The position numbers were made by a program, and so were the translations under genes. The notes beneath the pieces are model-generated. The model had not been told where the DNA came from, searched no databases, and saw only the letters and a program-made list of their open reading frames with translations. From the NCBI GenBank assembly GCA_023515795.1, contig JALGPX010000014.1, positions 62,001 to 126,000 of the forward strand: 64,000 nucleotides of DNA. Reading direction: 5' to 3'. The DNA is from Amoeboaphelidium occidentale (Eukaryota). This document shows, piece by piece, positions 31,356-43,915 of this stretch. How positions within the stretch are numbered: the first letter of the stretch is position 1; each line of letters begins with the position of its first letter.

Positions 31356-31883
31356 ATGACTCAAACAGATTTAAAAGATATAAAGAACCGCATAGATATT
31401 CGACCTCTGAGGGAAACAGATTGTGATAAACTTTGCTCGTTGCTATTTGATGAATGGACCGAAGACTATGTGGAATTCACAGAATGGAAAACCAAAGAGC
31501 TTCTATCACAATATTACAAGAGCGTGATAAGCAGTGAAAGCACGGATATTCCATTCTGTAACGTGTGCGTAGAGAAAACTACTGGTCAACTACTTGGTGC
31601 AGTTGTGTTCGCGAATGAAGATATGAAAATGCGACCAGATCTTTTCCCTTGGCTGTGCGCATTATTTGTAGTGCCTGAATACAGAAAAATGGGGATTGCA
31701 AGACTTCTGGTAGAGCACGGCATGGAGCATTGTCGGAACAATCTCAAATTAAGCACGGTATATCTCTGGACATTTGATGAACCTTTAGCAAACTATTACA
31801 AAACATTTGGCTTTGAAACAATAGAATGCGTAGATCATGGTCATAGGCAGATGGCCATCGTGATGCAGAAGCGATTATATTGA
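31356..31883 (+). CDS. GNAT-family N-acetyltransferase
   Basis: [21 protein letters not shown] acetyl-CoA motif A; YYKTFGF. Confidence 0.85.
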   Translation: MTQTDLKDIKNRIDIRPLRETDCDKLCSLLFDEWTEDYVEFTEWKTKELLSQYYKSVISSESTDIPFCNVCVEKTTGQLLGAVVFANEDMKMRPDLFPWLCALFVVPEYRKMGIARLLVEHGMEHCRNNLKLSTVYLWTFDEPLANYYKTFGFETIECVDHGHRQMAIVMQKRLY

Positions 31884-32174
31884 TCATCAGTTTGATCTTG
31901 TATGGACAGGGATGAGAAGTTTATGCAAGAGGTTGTCAAGCAGGTAATTAATAAATTGATAAACTTAACTATGAGCTTCTATTATGGCTTTAAACTTCAT
32001 ACGAAATTAGTGTGATCATGTCATGTCATCGATAATAGAATTATCAATAAAGAATATCATTTATGGCATTAACAGATGCACTTGATATGGATTGGTCTTT
32101 ACCCTTATATTTTCATGTTTGAAGTTTTGTTTTTTATAAATTGATCTTTGACATACAACATTTGATGTTCTCGA

Positions 32175-33203
32175 TTGTGTAATTTAGTCGATCCTTTTGT
32201 CAAAATGAGAGGCGCCGATTTCTTAAAGATGTACCGTATAAACCCCTTTGACGAAGAACCTTCCAATGTGGATATTATCAAATTTTTGATCAAGGCCTCA
32301 TTCGTCCTACCATTCGTATGCGGGGTGTTTGGTGTGTTTTCAGGGTTATCTGCGGTATTTTCGCGCAACTTGGCTACTACGATCATTTTGCCGCATAATG
32401 CCGAGGGTCAGGCTGTATTTGGTAGAGATGCTGCATTAGCATCCAGAATGCAGGGTTTATTTTCTAAAACTAACTTCACGACCTTGTTCAAGTACAGCGA
32501 CGCGGAGCCGTTGCTTAACGTTACTGGAACTCGCGAGATCGCAAAGCAGATCGACTTTTTCAGCGGTGGTAGCTTTGCCTTGAAGTTGGCTGCAAGCGTG
32601 GGTAAAATTGCTTTCAAGTACCGTCTTACGGATCTTGGCTCCGACGCAATGCTTTCCGTGAAAGCTAAAGACTGGGATTACAACATGGCGCACTATTTTC
32701 CGCTCAATGAGGGATCTGGTGTGATTAATGTTAGGTCTGTTAAGTTTGATTCGCATCATAAACCTGAAAGATCTGACGTTTCATTATTGGTTCCTGTCGA
32801 GTATGAGTTTGTTTTGAAGTCATCAAGCGGAAATGGCTCCATTGCTATTATTATTGAACGTGGTGAATTTGTTTTCCCGTCTAATGCAACAGTTAAACAG
32901 GTCATTGGTACTGAATTTGATCAAAGTGTCGAGGGAAGTTTGTATGTGGTCGCGAACGTCTCTTCTGCTGGTAATTTCAAAGTTGCAGCGTATCCAATTT
33001 TGTCGCAGCTACCAAAACATGTGCTTTTATCTATGGCCGAAGGTGCATGGATCGGATTAATGTTCGAGGGGTATTATGGTGGTTTAATCCTGTTGGGCGC
33101 CGTGGTATTTTACATAATTGTTGCGTTGAGTTATTTGGTCGCGAAATGGTGCAACGGAGAGCAACATAAGAAAGAATCTTTTGCCTTCTCGTCAAAGGTT
33201 TAA
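32175..33203 (+). CDS. Hypothetical membrane protein
   Basis: 342-aa ORF with N- and C-terminal hydrophobic helices; family not recognised. Confidence 0.55.
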   Translation: MCNLVDPFVKMRGADFLKMYRINPFDEEPSNVDIIKFLIKASFVLPFVCGVFGVFSGLSAVFSRNLATTIILPHNAEGQAVFGRDAALASRMQGLFSKTNFTTLFKYSDAEPLLNVTGTREIAKQIDFFSGGSFALKLAASVGKIAFKYRLTDLGSDAMLSVKAKDWDYNMAHYFPLNEGSGVINVRSVKFDSHHKPERSDVSLLVPVEYEFVLKSSSGNGSIAIIIERGEFVFPSNATVKQVIGTEFDQSVEGSLYVVANVSSAGNFKVAAYPILSQLPKHVLLSMAEGAWIGLMFEGYYGGLILLGAVVFYIIVALSYLVAKWCNGEQHKKESFAFSSKV

Positions 33204-33800
33204 TCATCGTAATAAACAACCTCTATAGTTGTCACCATATTTGAAAGTCGCTCTTTGATCGACGATATTCTCACTGATGAAGAATATGAGCTTACAATCT
33301 AATTGTTGTTCAGGAGGCCTGTCTCTGAAGAATCTACTTAAATGGGCGCTTTGCCCCCGGTTGCTGCCGTAGTTTTAGGCCTTTTCAGCCATGGAGTTTA
33401 TTAACCAAGAATAGATCAACTATTACTTCTAGTAAGGGTAACGGACCTCTTGTCTTACACTCGTCAATGGACTCAGTAAAACACATCTTAGCAACGGTTA
33501 TCAACGAGTTATCAAGCAACGGTCTCTCCTGATCAATCGATAGATCAATTTTACGCTATTCAGCTTAACATGCCGTATTTTCCAACAACTAGCGCGTCAG
33601 TGTCACTGTTTGGGAAAACGCCACATCGATTACAGGTTGTGACGATCACTTTGACGGTCGACAAAGTTTTGCACCAACACCCTATTTTCAGAGTTAACTA
33701 ATGGGTGTTGTAAGAAACAATTACGAAGTTAAAGAACAAAGAGTGTGGCCATGGAATATTCTGGGTTTGTTTTTAATGTCAATTGTTGAATGATTAACTG

Positions 33801-35117
33801 TTGCATTTAGGAGACAACTTGTCGGCTGCATGGGGAGTTTTGCTAATAGCTCTTCCCTCCCCAATTATGATTCCTACAATGATGGTCAGTGTTAAGATTT
33901 GGGACTGGATCCAAGCGTACATTATTTCCAAAGAGAAAATTGTTTCACTGGTTGATCAAGCTTCTTCTGGTACTTTTGCCCCCTGGAGCCCCGGTTAATG
34001 TTTGAACTAGTGATCTTCAATGCTTCATTCAAAAAACATTATCTCAGAAATCCCAAGGATGTTGCCCTGATGCCCATGGCGTTTTTCATCACGTTGTATG
34101 CTCCGCTGCTTTATGCTGCAGCTGTTTACTTTAATTACCATTACCGATTCAGTATTGTTATGATGTTGCTATATCATCAACTCAGAATAGGTTTGATATT
34201 GCGTACCATCTGAGGATTTATTTATAGGCCCACGCTTTCGATTTTTTGCACACACTCAGGTTTTGTTGCACAGAGAAGGACATGATCACAAAGGTGCAAT
34301 TTGTAGTATTGCCAATAATCTTTTAATTTTAGGATGGTTTAAAGGGCCATTGGAGTTTCTAAATCATAAAATGATCCAATTCATTTCTGGGGTGTTGTAT
34401 GGAACTTTGCCTTATCAGTACATGATATCTCATAATAAGATACACCACAGATATCACAACAATTTGAAGGATGTTCATACCAATTTTGATCTAGACAGGA
34501 CCAAATTTAAATCGTTCCTTCAGTTTGAGCCAAGATTCTTTTTGTATTGGATCAGTGTAACTCCTTTAATTGAATTTTGTTCCAGAAAACACGTTGAAAC
34601 AAAGTATATTTTAAGCCTTTTGGGTGGTATTGTTTATTGGGGACTTTGGGTTTACTTGAATTATCGATTTGTTGGATTTTGGTTTGCTTTAACTTATTGT
34701 GTTTATCCCTTGTTTGAGGCAACAGCTTTCCTTGGTGCGATCGCGTATCTGTGGCACGCTTTTGCTGATGCTGATGACCCAAGTAATCCACAGATTGTTT
34801 CATTCACTATTCTTAATGGTATGGACAATATTTGGAACGAGGATTATCATTCAATACATCATCACTCTCCTTTGGTACATTTTGCTGATGCTCCGCAGCA
34901 TTTTCTTGATCACCAAAAAAATTATGAAAACTGTACAGGGACAGTATTTGCCGACACCGAAGAGGGGGAATTGCTGTATTGGCTGTTTGCAAAGAAGTGG
35001 GATAAGATGGCAGAACATTTTGTAGATCTTAGCGGAACATTATCCCACGAGCAGAAGAAAGAATTGATTTTACGGAGACTAAGATTTAGACTTCCTGTTG
35101 ATGCTCTGACACAATAA
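33801..35117 (+). CDS. Membrane fatty-acid-desaturase-like protein; intron 34191-34227; 5' structure uncertain
   Basis: Spliced LRIGPRFRFFAHTQVLLHREGH; His boxes HNKIHHRYH and YHSIHH. Frame break near 33995. Confidence 0.65.
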
Positions 35118-35147
35118 ACCACTTTTTTGGACATTTGACTTCCGACA

Positions 35148-36113
35148 ATGTTGCAGATTGAACAGACCAAAAGACGCGGAAAAGATATTGAGAAGTATAG
35201 CCTGTTTCCAAAGCTAGATCAATTTAAGAAAGAACCGATAGATTGTGTGTGTTATGCCAGCCCTGACCTCGTGTTCGCGCATGATAGAGCAGAGATCGAG
35301 GCAATTTGGTACGGCGGATCGTTTGGCAAAGGAACACTAAATAGGAGTCAACCATTCAGCGAGGCTAAACGACGACCAAAGAAGGCAGCTAACGCGATAG
35401 TGAACAGGGACGTGTCGATGATCAAAGACGAAGATCCAACATCAGATTCCATCGTCGAAGAAATGAAATTGAGTTCTTTAGAAGTCGTGTATCTGACGTT
35501 CTTTGGTATTTTACGTATAAAGGACGAATTAAACTATGAAATACCGCTCCGCACATACTGGAAAGACTGCCTCTTCAATAGTATACAGCAAGATCTCGGG
35601 AGTGATGTATCAAGTGATGTGCTTGATGCATTAAGACGTTTCGTGTATGCGAAAAGGTTAGAACAGGCTGAAAGTGCGCTAAATTCTATATCAGAAGACT
35701 ATTATATGTTTCTCCTAAATAACAAGTTCATGTCGCTCTATGCTGCTTATTTCTACTATCGTAATTTGGGCTGGGTTTGTCGAAGCGGCATTTTGTATGG
35801 TGTTGACTTCATGCTGTACAACAAGGGGCCTGTATTCACTCATGCTGTACACGGTGTGCATGTGACACATGAAGTAAGTGTTAATAACGAAAAATTGGGT
35901 ACTGATGTCTCTTGGAAAGATGTGTTATCCAGCGTTAGGTTGCACCATCAAGTTAAGAAAGGATGGCTTGTTTGCAATGTGTCATGTAATCTTGCTGAGA
36001 AGAATATCAACACTGTATGGGACTTATATCAATCCCCGCTGGAGTGTTTAAAACTGTTCCAAGTCAACGAAACTCCAATTGTACGATGGGTTCCAGAAAA
36101 AACTCGAGAGTAA
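35148..36113 (+). CDS. SEN2: tRNA-splicing endonuclease subunit Sen2
   Basis: GSFGKGTLNRS, AYFYYRNLGWVCRSGILYGVDFMLYNKGPVFTHA, VKK, RWVPEKTRE. Confidence 0.9.
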   Translation: MLQIEQTKRRGKDIEKYSLFPKLDQFKKEPIDCVCYASPDLVFAHDRAEIEAIWYGGSFGKGTLNRSQPFSEAKRRPKKAANAIVNRDVSMIKDEDPTSDSIVEEMKLSSLEVVYLTFFGILRIKDELNYEIPLRTYWKDCLFNSIQQDLGSDVSSDVLDALRRFVYAKRLEQAESALNSISEDYYMFLLNNKFMSLYAAYFYYRNLGWVCRSGILYGVDFMLYNKGPVFTHAVHGVHVTHEVSVNNEKLGTDVSWKDVLSSVRLHHQVKKGWLVCNVSCNLAEKNINTVWDLYQSPLECLKLFQVNETPIVRWVPEKTRE

Positions 36114-36134
36114 AAAAGGAGATATGATTTAGTG

Positions 36135-38695
36135 TTAAAATAAATTGTGTAACTGAGCTAACGGCAGAAGAGTCGCTGGCGCCATCTTTACGACTGTCCC
36201 ATCAATTGTTACTTCATAAGTTTCGGGGTCAACTTTCAAGTCAGGCATGTAATCATTCAGCTTCATGTCTTTCTTTCCAATAGTTCTGCAATTCTGAACA
36301 GCTACCACCTTCTTTTTTAAACCATAGAGTTTCTTGACATCTTTTTGGGCTGCATGTTTAGAAACAAATGTAACGGCAACAGTAGAACTTTCATTTTGAA
36401 TTGCACTAGGAAAACCACCAAACATAGATCTGCCTAAAACAGGCTGAGGAGTAGGAATACTAGCATTTGCATCTCCCATATTAGCCCAGGCTATGACTCC
36501 GCCTTTCAAGACCACCTCTGGTTTAGATCCAAAAAATGCAGGATCCCACAAAACCATATCAGCCAACTTGCCGACTTCCAACGAACCCACTACACGTGAT
36601 AAGCCATGTGCTATAGCTGGGTTGATTGTGTATTTAGCAACATATCTTTTAATTCGGGCGTTATCAGCTTTTGCGTCTGAGCTCAACACTCCTCGATGTT
36701 TCTTCATCTTATCTGCTGTTTGCCAAGTTCGACATATCACTTCACCAATTCTCCCCATAGCCTGTGAATCGCTGCTTATAACGCTGATGGCCCCTATGTC
36801 ATGCAAAACATCTTCTGCTCCGATTGTCTCAGCTCTGATTCTACTTTCCGCAAATGCAATATCCTCCGGAATATTCTTATCTAAATGATGACAAACCATA
36901 AGCATATCCAAATGTTCGTCAAGTGTATTAACAGTATAAGGTCTTGTCGGGTTAGTTGAAGATGGTATCACATTAGGAAGAGAACAAACTCGGATGATAT
37001 CTGGCGCGTGCCCGCCTAAACCTAAGTAGCTGAAACTGAAAATTTACCTCCAGCGCCTTCGGTATGATAAGCATGAATGGTTCTGTTCTTGAATGCGCTA
37101 ATTGTATCTTCTACGAACCCAGATTCGTTCAATGTATCAGTGTGGATTGTAACTTGTACATCTTCTTCGTCACAGACTGATAAGCAGTTATCGATCGCAG
37201 CCGGAGTTGTTCCGTAGTCTTCGTGAAGTTTAAGACCCACAGCACCAGCATGAATTTGTTCCCTCAAGGCTTCAGGAGAGCTGCAATTTCCTTTACCTGT
37301 AAATCCAAAATTCAAAGGCAAGCCATCTACAGCTTGCAACATGAATTCAATATTTTTTGGACCAGCAGTACATGTAGTCGCATTGGTGCCAGTATTCGGA
37401 CCAGTTCCTCCACCAACCAAAGTCGTTAAACCGCTAGAAATAGCTTCAGTGGCTAATTGCGGACAAATGAAATGGACATGAGTGTCGATGCCTCCAGCTG
37501 TTAGAATCTTGCCTTCTCCAGCTAAAACTTCAGTGGAAGCACCAAACACTAAACTGGGGTCTACTCCATCCATCACGTCCTGATTACCACTCTTTCCAAT
37601 GCCGCAAATAAGTCCATTTTTAATTCCAACATCTGCCTTGTAAATTCCTGAATAGTCAACGATCAAAGCATTTGTTATCACCAAATCAGGCGATTCTGCA
37701 AATAGGCAGTAATTTGATTGTCCCATACCTTCTCTCAACACTTTGCCGCCTCCGAAAACAGCTTCATCGCCATACCTGCACATATCTTTTTCAACTTCAA
37801 TCCACAAACAAGTATCTCCTAGTCTCACTCTATCACCAGTAGTTGGACCGTAGCTCTGAGCGTAAAGTTCTCTCGGAAGTTTGAATGGAGCAATATCGTG
37901 TATTTCATGTTGAGTTTCCTTTTTGTGAAGAAAACCTGCCTTAACCATGTCTGAGACAATTTGTTCAGTCCTTTTCGTGTCAACCTTGCCCTTTGAAAAA
38001 CCATTTCCACCAGACATGATCATATTTCCACCGAAATCAACAAGAGACACCGTCTTTGTTTCTCCTGGTTCAAAACGCACTGCAGAACCTGCAGGTATAT
38101 CGAGCTTTTTACCATACGACAATGATCTATCAAACTCCAGAGCTTTGTTTGTTTCCATGAAGTGATAATGACTTCCAACTTGAATAGGTCTATCCCCTGT
38201 ATTTGTGACCTTTAGAGAAATCCTTTTTCGCTCTGGAACTAAAACAATAGGATCTGCTTTTGCTGTCAGAACACAACCCGGCCCTCTGTTCTCTCCATAG
38301 TATTCGTTTAACTCAGCGAGCGGAAACTTGACTTTAGATGGTACCGGCAGGAAGCTTCCATACAATGCTAACTCTAAATCGCCATCATCTGTACAAATTG
38401 GTTCATGAATCGTGATAAGTTTCGTGCCATCCTTAAATGTTCCTTCGACTTGAATTTCATGCACACAATGACAGACTTCAGGCATAACATGTCTCCTTCC
38501 CAAAATGCGTGTCCCAATGTCCATTAGCTCTGCAACAGTATGCTTTCCATCTCTTATGAATTCCAAAAGCTGAGCAGATATCAGCGCAACAGTTTCAACG
38601 TAATTCAGCTTCACGCCGCGAGCCAAGCGCTTCTGAGCCAGTGAGCCAACTTGATGAATTATAAGCTTGTCCAATTCTCGAGGCAGCAATTTCAT
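36135..38695 (-). CDS. URE1: Urease (fused eukaryotic type); 32-nt intron 37016-37047
   Basis: [26 protein letters not shown], spliced [27 protein letters not shown]. Confidence 0.97.
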
Positions 38696-38703
38696 TCCGA
38701 ACA

Positions 38704-39435
38704 ATGAATTTTACATTTCTAGACTTGTCGCCCAGTTTATCGATCGCTTTAATTGTGGTAATCCTTACCACGGCGTTCATTGTCCTCCGATACCTTCCGG
38801 CCGCATCGAAAGTTTCTTATGGCGTTGGCAATAATAGGAAAACTGTTCTTTTAATGGGCCCTAGCGGCTCTGGTAAAACTTCACTGTTTTGCGAATGGAT
38901 TTACGAGCACATTCCACCAACTGTTCCATCAATGAAAGAGTCCAAAGGAAAGTATAAAGGCATGGAAATATTGGATTTGCCTGGAGCCTCAAGACTGCGG
39001 AATTTATACGAAAATCATTTACAAAGTGTCAGAACTATAATTTTTGTTCTGGACAGTTCAAGCACAGCATTGCAAAGGGACCTTCATAATATTTCAGAGC
39101 AGATTTACGATGTGCTTGTGAATGAAACTGTACAAAAGAATTATAAGAACATTAAGTTCATAATTCTCTGCAACAAGCAGGATGAAGTACTTGCACATGC
39201 AACAGGAAAAATACAGGAAATGCTGGAGCACGAAATGAATGCTTTGCGGAATTCAAAGACTTCCTTTCAGCAGCTGAAGCACGGACAGAAGCCAGGCGTA
39301 GAAGAAAGAGATTTATTTTTGGGCATTGACGGTGAAGCATTTAAGTTTGAGCATGTTGAAAATGATGTCGTAGTTTTGGGCGGTTCAGTTGTTCAAGGAA
39401 GTCTAGAAGAGCTGGAAGCTGCGGTATTCAAGTGA
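38704..39435 (+). CDS. SRP102: Signal recognition particle receptor beta subunit
   Basis: N-terminal TM helix, [32 protein letters not shown]-terminus. Confidence 0.85.
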   Translation: MNFTFLDLSPSLSIALIVVILTTAFIVLRYLPAASKVSYGVGNNRKTVLLMGPSGSGKTSLFCEWIYEHIPPTVPSMKESKGKYKGMEILDLPGASRLRNLYENHLQSVRTIIFVLDSSSTALQRDLHNISEQIYDVLVNETVQKNYKNIKFIILCNKQDEVLAHATGKIQEMLEHEMNALRNSKTSFQQLKHGQKPGVEERDLFLGIDGEAFKFEHVENDVVVLGGSVVQGSLEELEAAVFK

Positions 39436-39436
39436 G

Positions 39437-39841
39437 CTACTTAAGGCTCTGTTCAATATAAAGAATTAGCTCTTCTTTTGAAATTCTGGTGTTCCGAATG
39501 ACTTGATCGTATTTAGTAAGCGTTGCATGGGGTGGAAATGAAGCAGCCGTATTGCTCTTTTGAAAAACATCCGAATTATCGTGAAGGCTCATATAAGAGG
39601 CCATGTTTTGACGATTTTCTTTGAGTATTTCAGGTGTACTGTGCGCAAGTTCTATATTGCAATGCAAGCTGTGCACAACCTCTGGTCTTGTAGCGATTAT
39701 CGCACGACGACCAGGAACCTCTCGAACCTGAAAAGAATTCTTCAGCTGACAATCGTATGCGTAATCTGACAGTTGGATATCTTTTTCTAAATTATTCCGC
39801 CTTTTAATTGCATTAGATCGCTTCAATTGTGCCATGAACAA
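39437..39841 (-). CDS. Hypothetical protein
   Basis: 134-aa ORF filling the space between two genes; no motif. Confidence 0.35.
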   Translation of the reverse strand: MFMAQLKRSNAIKRRNNLEKDIQLSDYAYDCQLKNSFQVREVPGRRAIIATRPEVVHSLHCNIELAHSTPEILKENRQNMASYMSLHDNSDVFQKSNTAASFPPHATLTKYDQVIRNTRISKEELILYIEQSLK

Positions 39842-40017
39842 GATGTCGAAATCTGGCTGCTTTCACGTCGATCTTCAAAACTCCAGTTTCAACTCCGGGC
39901 GTCTCACATATCATTCAAATCGAGAAACTTCATTCATTTATGACTCATGCTTTGCTAAAAATCAAGTTCTGGGATGCATTTTGCCGTACCTGAGTCCTGG
40001 CTATTTTTAGTGAGCGC

Positions 40018-42139
40018 ATGAAGAAGGTCGTGTACTCGGCTGTTGTCACAAAGTTTAGTACGGCAGACCAGTTGCTTATCGATAATCTTCATCAAAGCTT
40101 ACAAAAGGAAGATGTTGAGTCAATAAGCAAATACTTGGCGACTGATCCTAAAGCTCCCATGATTATGACACAACACAAATTCAAACAAGGCAATATGGCT
40201 TTACATTACGCAGTCTTATACACTGATTTGGAACTTTTCAAGTTGCTGATATCAACGGGATCTGATCCTAATGCTAAAAACGACTATGGTTGGACATGTC
40301 TCATGCTCGCGGCATATCATGGAAAGATTGATTCTGTGCGGTACTTGTTAACTGTACCGGGAATGAAGATTTCTGAAATATCTGAGTTTGGGTTTACTGC
40401 TTTGACTTGCGCCGTTAGAAGTGGATCCCTTATCACAGTTAGAGCTCTTTTGGGCAGTAAAACGAACATACACAAGCTGGAACAGCAAGGACCAGGCCCA
40501 ACAGCATTAATGATAGCTTGTCACATGGGAAAGCTTTCTATTGTAGGTTTTTTGCTGAGGAAAGGGGCGGAGCCAAACGCGCAATGTCGATTAAATGGAT
40601 GGACTGCTTTAATGTATGCATGCAACAATTATGCGCCGATTACGATTATAAAAATGCTAGTTGAGCATAGCGCAGATATCGAATTGCGAACATGGAATGG
40701 TCTGACTGCGCTAGATATAGCAGTGTACAGAAAGAATAACGATGTTGCTGATTATTTGAAACACTTAAACAATCCTGTTTCCGCTGGATTACAGACATCA
40801 AGTGAAGGTTTGTCATTCGGAAACTAATTTAACCTTTTAAGATGTATATAGGCATGAAATATTTGACGCTATACTTAATGAGGACTTTTTAGCACTTAAA
40901 ACGATGGTTGAGGAAGATCGAGAAGTTTTGGAAGAAAGAGACATTAGTGGCAGAACTCCGCTAATGGTTGCTGTCTTAGAAGGAAATGAGAATTTAGTAG
41001 AATTTCTACTCTCGAAGGGTGCTAATGTAGAAGTCGTTGATTTATCTGGCAAATCAGGTTTGAAATTGTAAATATCATGTAAAGTTTAATTTCTAGTATT
41101 ACATTACGCCTGTATGAGTATTAATGTCAAGATATGCGAGCAATTAATTAAGAAGGGAGCTTTTATTACCATGCCAATCGATCTTGAGGGCCGCAATGAT
41201 GATATTCAAAATGAGCTTCGAAAACTATCAACTAACCCTGAAATCCTCACAATTATTACAACATGCGTCAAGTTCAGCAACACGCTGCAAAGTTCAACCG
41301 ATATTAAGTCTTTGCGTAGTTTTAGCGAACGCTCACCTATTTCATGGCTACAAAAACTATTTCGAATCGGTTCAAAGCCATCATCCAACAGCTTAAAGTT
41401 TGGCTCTATATCTTCGGCTACGAGCCAAAAGCAGCCAAAAATGCCAAAGCAACGGAAGAAATCAAAGAATATTCCAACGTTTGATGGTGATAGTAATCAT
41501 TTGGACATTCGAAGTGTTGACAAATCTGAACTGTCCAGTATTTCCTACAGTTCGTCAAAACAAGGAAGTTTGAGGGGTAAAGACTCAATAATGGCAACCA
41601 GTCCACTATCTGCTGAGAGCGAGAGCCCGGTGAAAGAGATTCTACCGACACGACAGAAAATTAGGAGCAATTCAGCTAATTCAGCACAAACAGCTAAATC
41701 ACTTGACGCTTCACAAACATGTGATGCTTTACTTTCAAAAATAGGTCTTGAGAAGCATTTTCCTTTACTAAAACGGAAAGGAATAATAAGCATCAAAGAC
41801 CTCATAACAGTAACTTATTATGAACTAGAACAAGTCGGAATCAAAAGCGAAGCAGAGCGAACAAGAATACTGAAACTGGTCGAAGAGTGGAAAACAGAGC
41901 AGAAACGGATGAAAATCGCTCAGTTCAAGAAAGAAGTAGATGATATGATAACGGGAAAAATAGCTCATACTACCAGACTGAAAAATAATTCAACAGCTCC
42001 GTTACCAAATGTTGTAAGGATACCATCAGCGAAACAAAGCCAGACAGATACTAGAAGCTTTGATATCTCTGACAAGTACGACTTGATCTTGCAGCTTAAA
42101 GCACAGAAACGCGCTCAAACGCACAAGCCAGGGTCATGA
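40018..42139 (+). CDS. Ankyrin-repeat + SAM-domain protein (ANKS3/ANKS6-like); introns 40808-40841 and 41058-41096
   Basis: Many GxTxLxxA ankyrin repeats; the two introns join three exons in frame; SAM-like LLSKIGLEKHFPLL...ELEQVGIK. Confidence 0.8.
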
Positions 42140-42168
42140 TAAACGTCTTAGCATAATTTGTCTTTTAT

Positions 42169-42739
42169 TTAGGCTTTGCGTAAAATAGCTCTCCTTTGCT
42201 TCTTAGCCAACATGACCTTGAATCTGTCGAAATCAGAAAGAGCAGCGCGCTTGGCTCTGGTCTGGTAAGTCTTTGAATATTTGGATTCCTTCCATTTCTT
42301 GTCGAAAGATTCCTTCTCAAGAGCCTTCTTCAATGAAGCAGTTCCGATAGTTCTTGGGATTTTAACGACCATGTCTGTCAATTGAAGGCGACGGAATGCC
42401 AAAGGCTGTCTCTTGACACCAGAGGTTGGACCATCGACAAGAGCTCTGGACTGATCAATAATATCGACAATAACTGCGTATTTTCCATACTCAGGACCAT
42501 AAGTAATCTGGACAACACGGCCGACTTCGACGAAACGAGTGTACACCTAAACAATAATTAGATTATTCTTTTAAACCATAATTGCGCTGAGGGATTGCTT
42601 GTCATATAGGAGCGAAAGATTATAATGGACATCATAATAATCAGATGAACTATGAACTAATCATTAAGCAACCACTCTATCCACGCCTTTGAAAGAAGCG
42701 ATGGATAATACACGCGCATTATACTGGAACACTTACCAT
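42169..42739 (-). CDS. RPL14: 60S ribosomal protein eL14; intron 42547-42736 directly after the ATG
   Basis: RFVEVGRVV, IVDIIDQSRALVDGP, LSDFDRFKVM; ATG|GTAAGT...TTTAG. Confidence 0.95.
42593..42673 (-). ncRNA. Intronic box C/D snoRNA, snR60/SNORD80-like
   Basis: Terminal stem GGTTGCTT/AAGCAATC, C-like ATGATT, D' CTGA, C' ATGATG, variant D ATGA. Guides CATAGTTCAT and TCTTTCGCTCCTAT complement conserved LSU rRNA GUGAACUAUG and AUAGGGGCGAAAGA (rRNA sequence from memory). Confidence 0.85.
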
Positions 42740-42828
42740 TTTTCTCTTTGCTTTCGAAAAAAAGTTTTTGCTAGAACAACCGAATCGGTCGGATCAAAAA
42801 TTTTTTCTGTTCCAAAAAGCACGAACAA
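42740..42828. promoter_or_regulatory. Bidirectional RPL14/RPL5 promoter
   Basis: 89 bp between divergent ATGs; two A-tract/T-tract (RRPE-like) motifs flank ACCGAATCGGT. Confidence 0.55.
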
Positions 42829-43771
42829 ATGGTAATGCTCTGCGCTTAGACTTAGCCTAACTCTGTTCGTATAGCCTTTCGTTAAATTAGTCAAGACTAA
42901 AGCATATTACAAGCGTTACCAAGTCAAGTACAGAAGAAGACGCGAAGGAAAGACTGATTACTACGCTCGTAAGCGCTTGGTAGCTCAGGATAAGAACAAG
43001 TACAACTCACCAAAGTATCGTTTGGTTGTTCGTATCACCAACCGTTTTACCTTGGCTCAGGTCGTCTACTCTAAAATTCAGGGTGATGTCGTGATGGCAC
43101 AAGCTTCTTCACAGGAATTGCCAGAATACGGTGTCAAGGTCGGTCTAGGAAACTGGGCTGCAGCATACTGCACTGGTCTATTGGTTGCACGTAGATTGTT
43201 GACCAAGGTCGGTTTGGCTGATAAATACGAAGGTGTTGCTGAACCAGATGGTACATTTTCTGAAGTTGAGCCATTAGACGACGGACCACGTCCATTTAAA
43301 GTTTTCTTGGATGTTGGTCTACACCGCACATCTACCGGTGCTAAGATCTTCGCAGTTATGAAGGGTGCATCTGATGGTGGTTTGTATGTTCCTCACAACG
43401 AGAAGCGTTTGCCTGGATACGATGCATCTGAAAAATCTTTGGATGCTGAAGTTGTCCGTGACTACATCTTTGGTGAAAACATTGCAGAATACATGCGTTT
43501 CTTGGAAGAAGATGACGAAGAATTGTTCAAGAGACAATTCGCTTCTTACTTGGCTGAGGAACTTACTGCAGACGATCTCGAAGAAATGTACACTGAAGCC
43601 CACCAGAAGATCCGTGAAAACCCTGTCCGCCCTGCAAAGAAGTATACTCCAGAGCAAATCGCTGAATTCAAGAAGACTTCAAAGGCTCACAGACAACAGA
43701 AGATCACATACGAGCAGAAGAGAGCTAAGGTTGCTGCTGCTAAGAAGGAATTCTTGGAAAGTCTTCAATAA
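42829..43771 (+). CDS. RPL5: 60S ribosomal protein uL18; intron 42832-42874
   Basis: Spliced MPFVKLVKTKAYYKRYQVKYRRRREGKTDYYARKRL; QDKNKYNSPKYRLVVR. Confidence 0.97.
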
Positions 43772-43915
43772 AGATCCACTATAAAGGGACACGAAATTGT
43801 CTTATTCGCTTTTCGTTATCGCGAGAGAACCTAAACAAACAAACAAGAATGATCGCTTGCCCTGTTTCACCTTTATATTCTTTTAAACAAGTGAAATACA
43901 AAAGCAACATACGAA

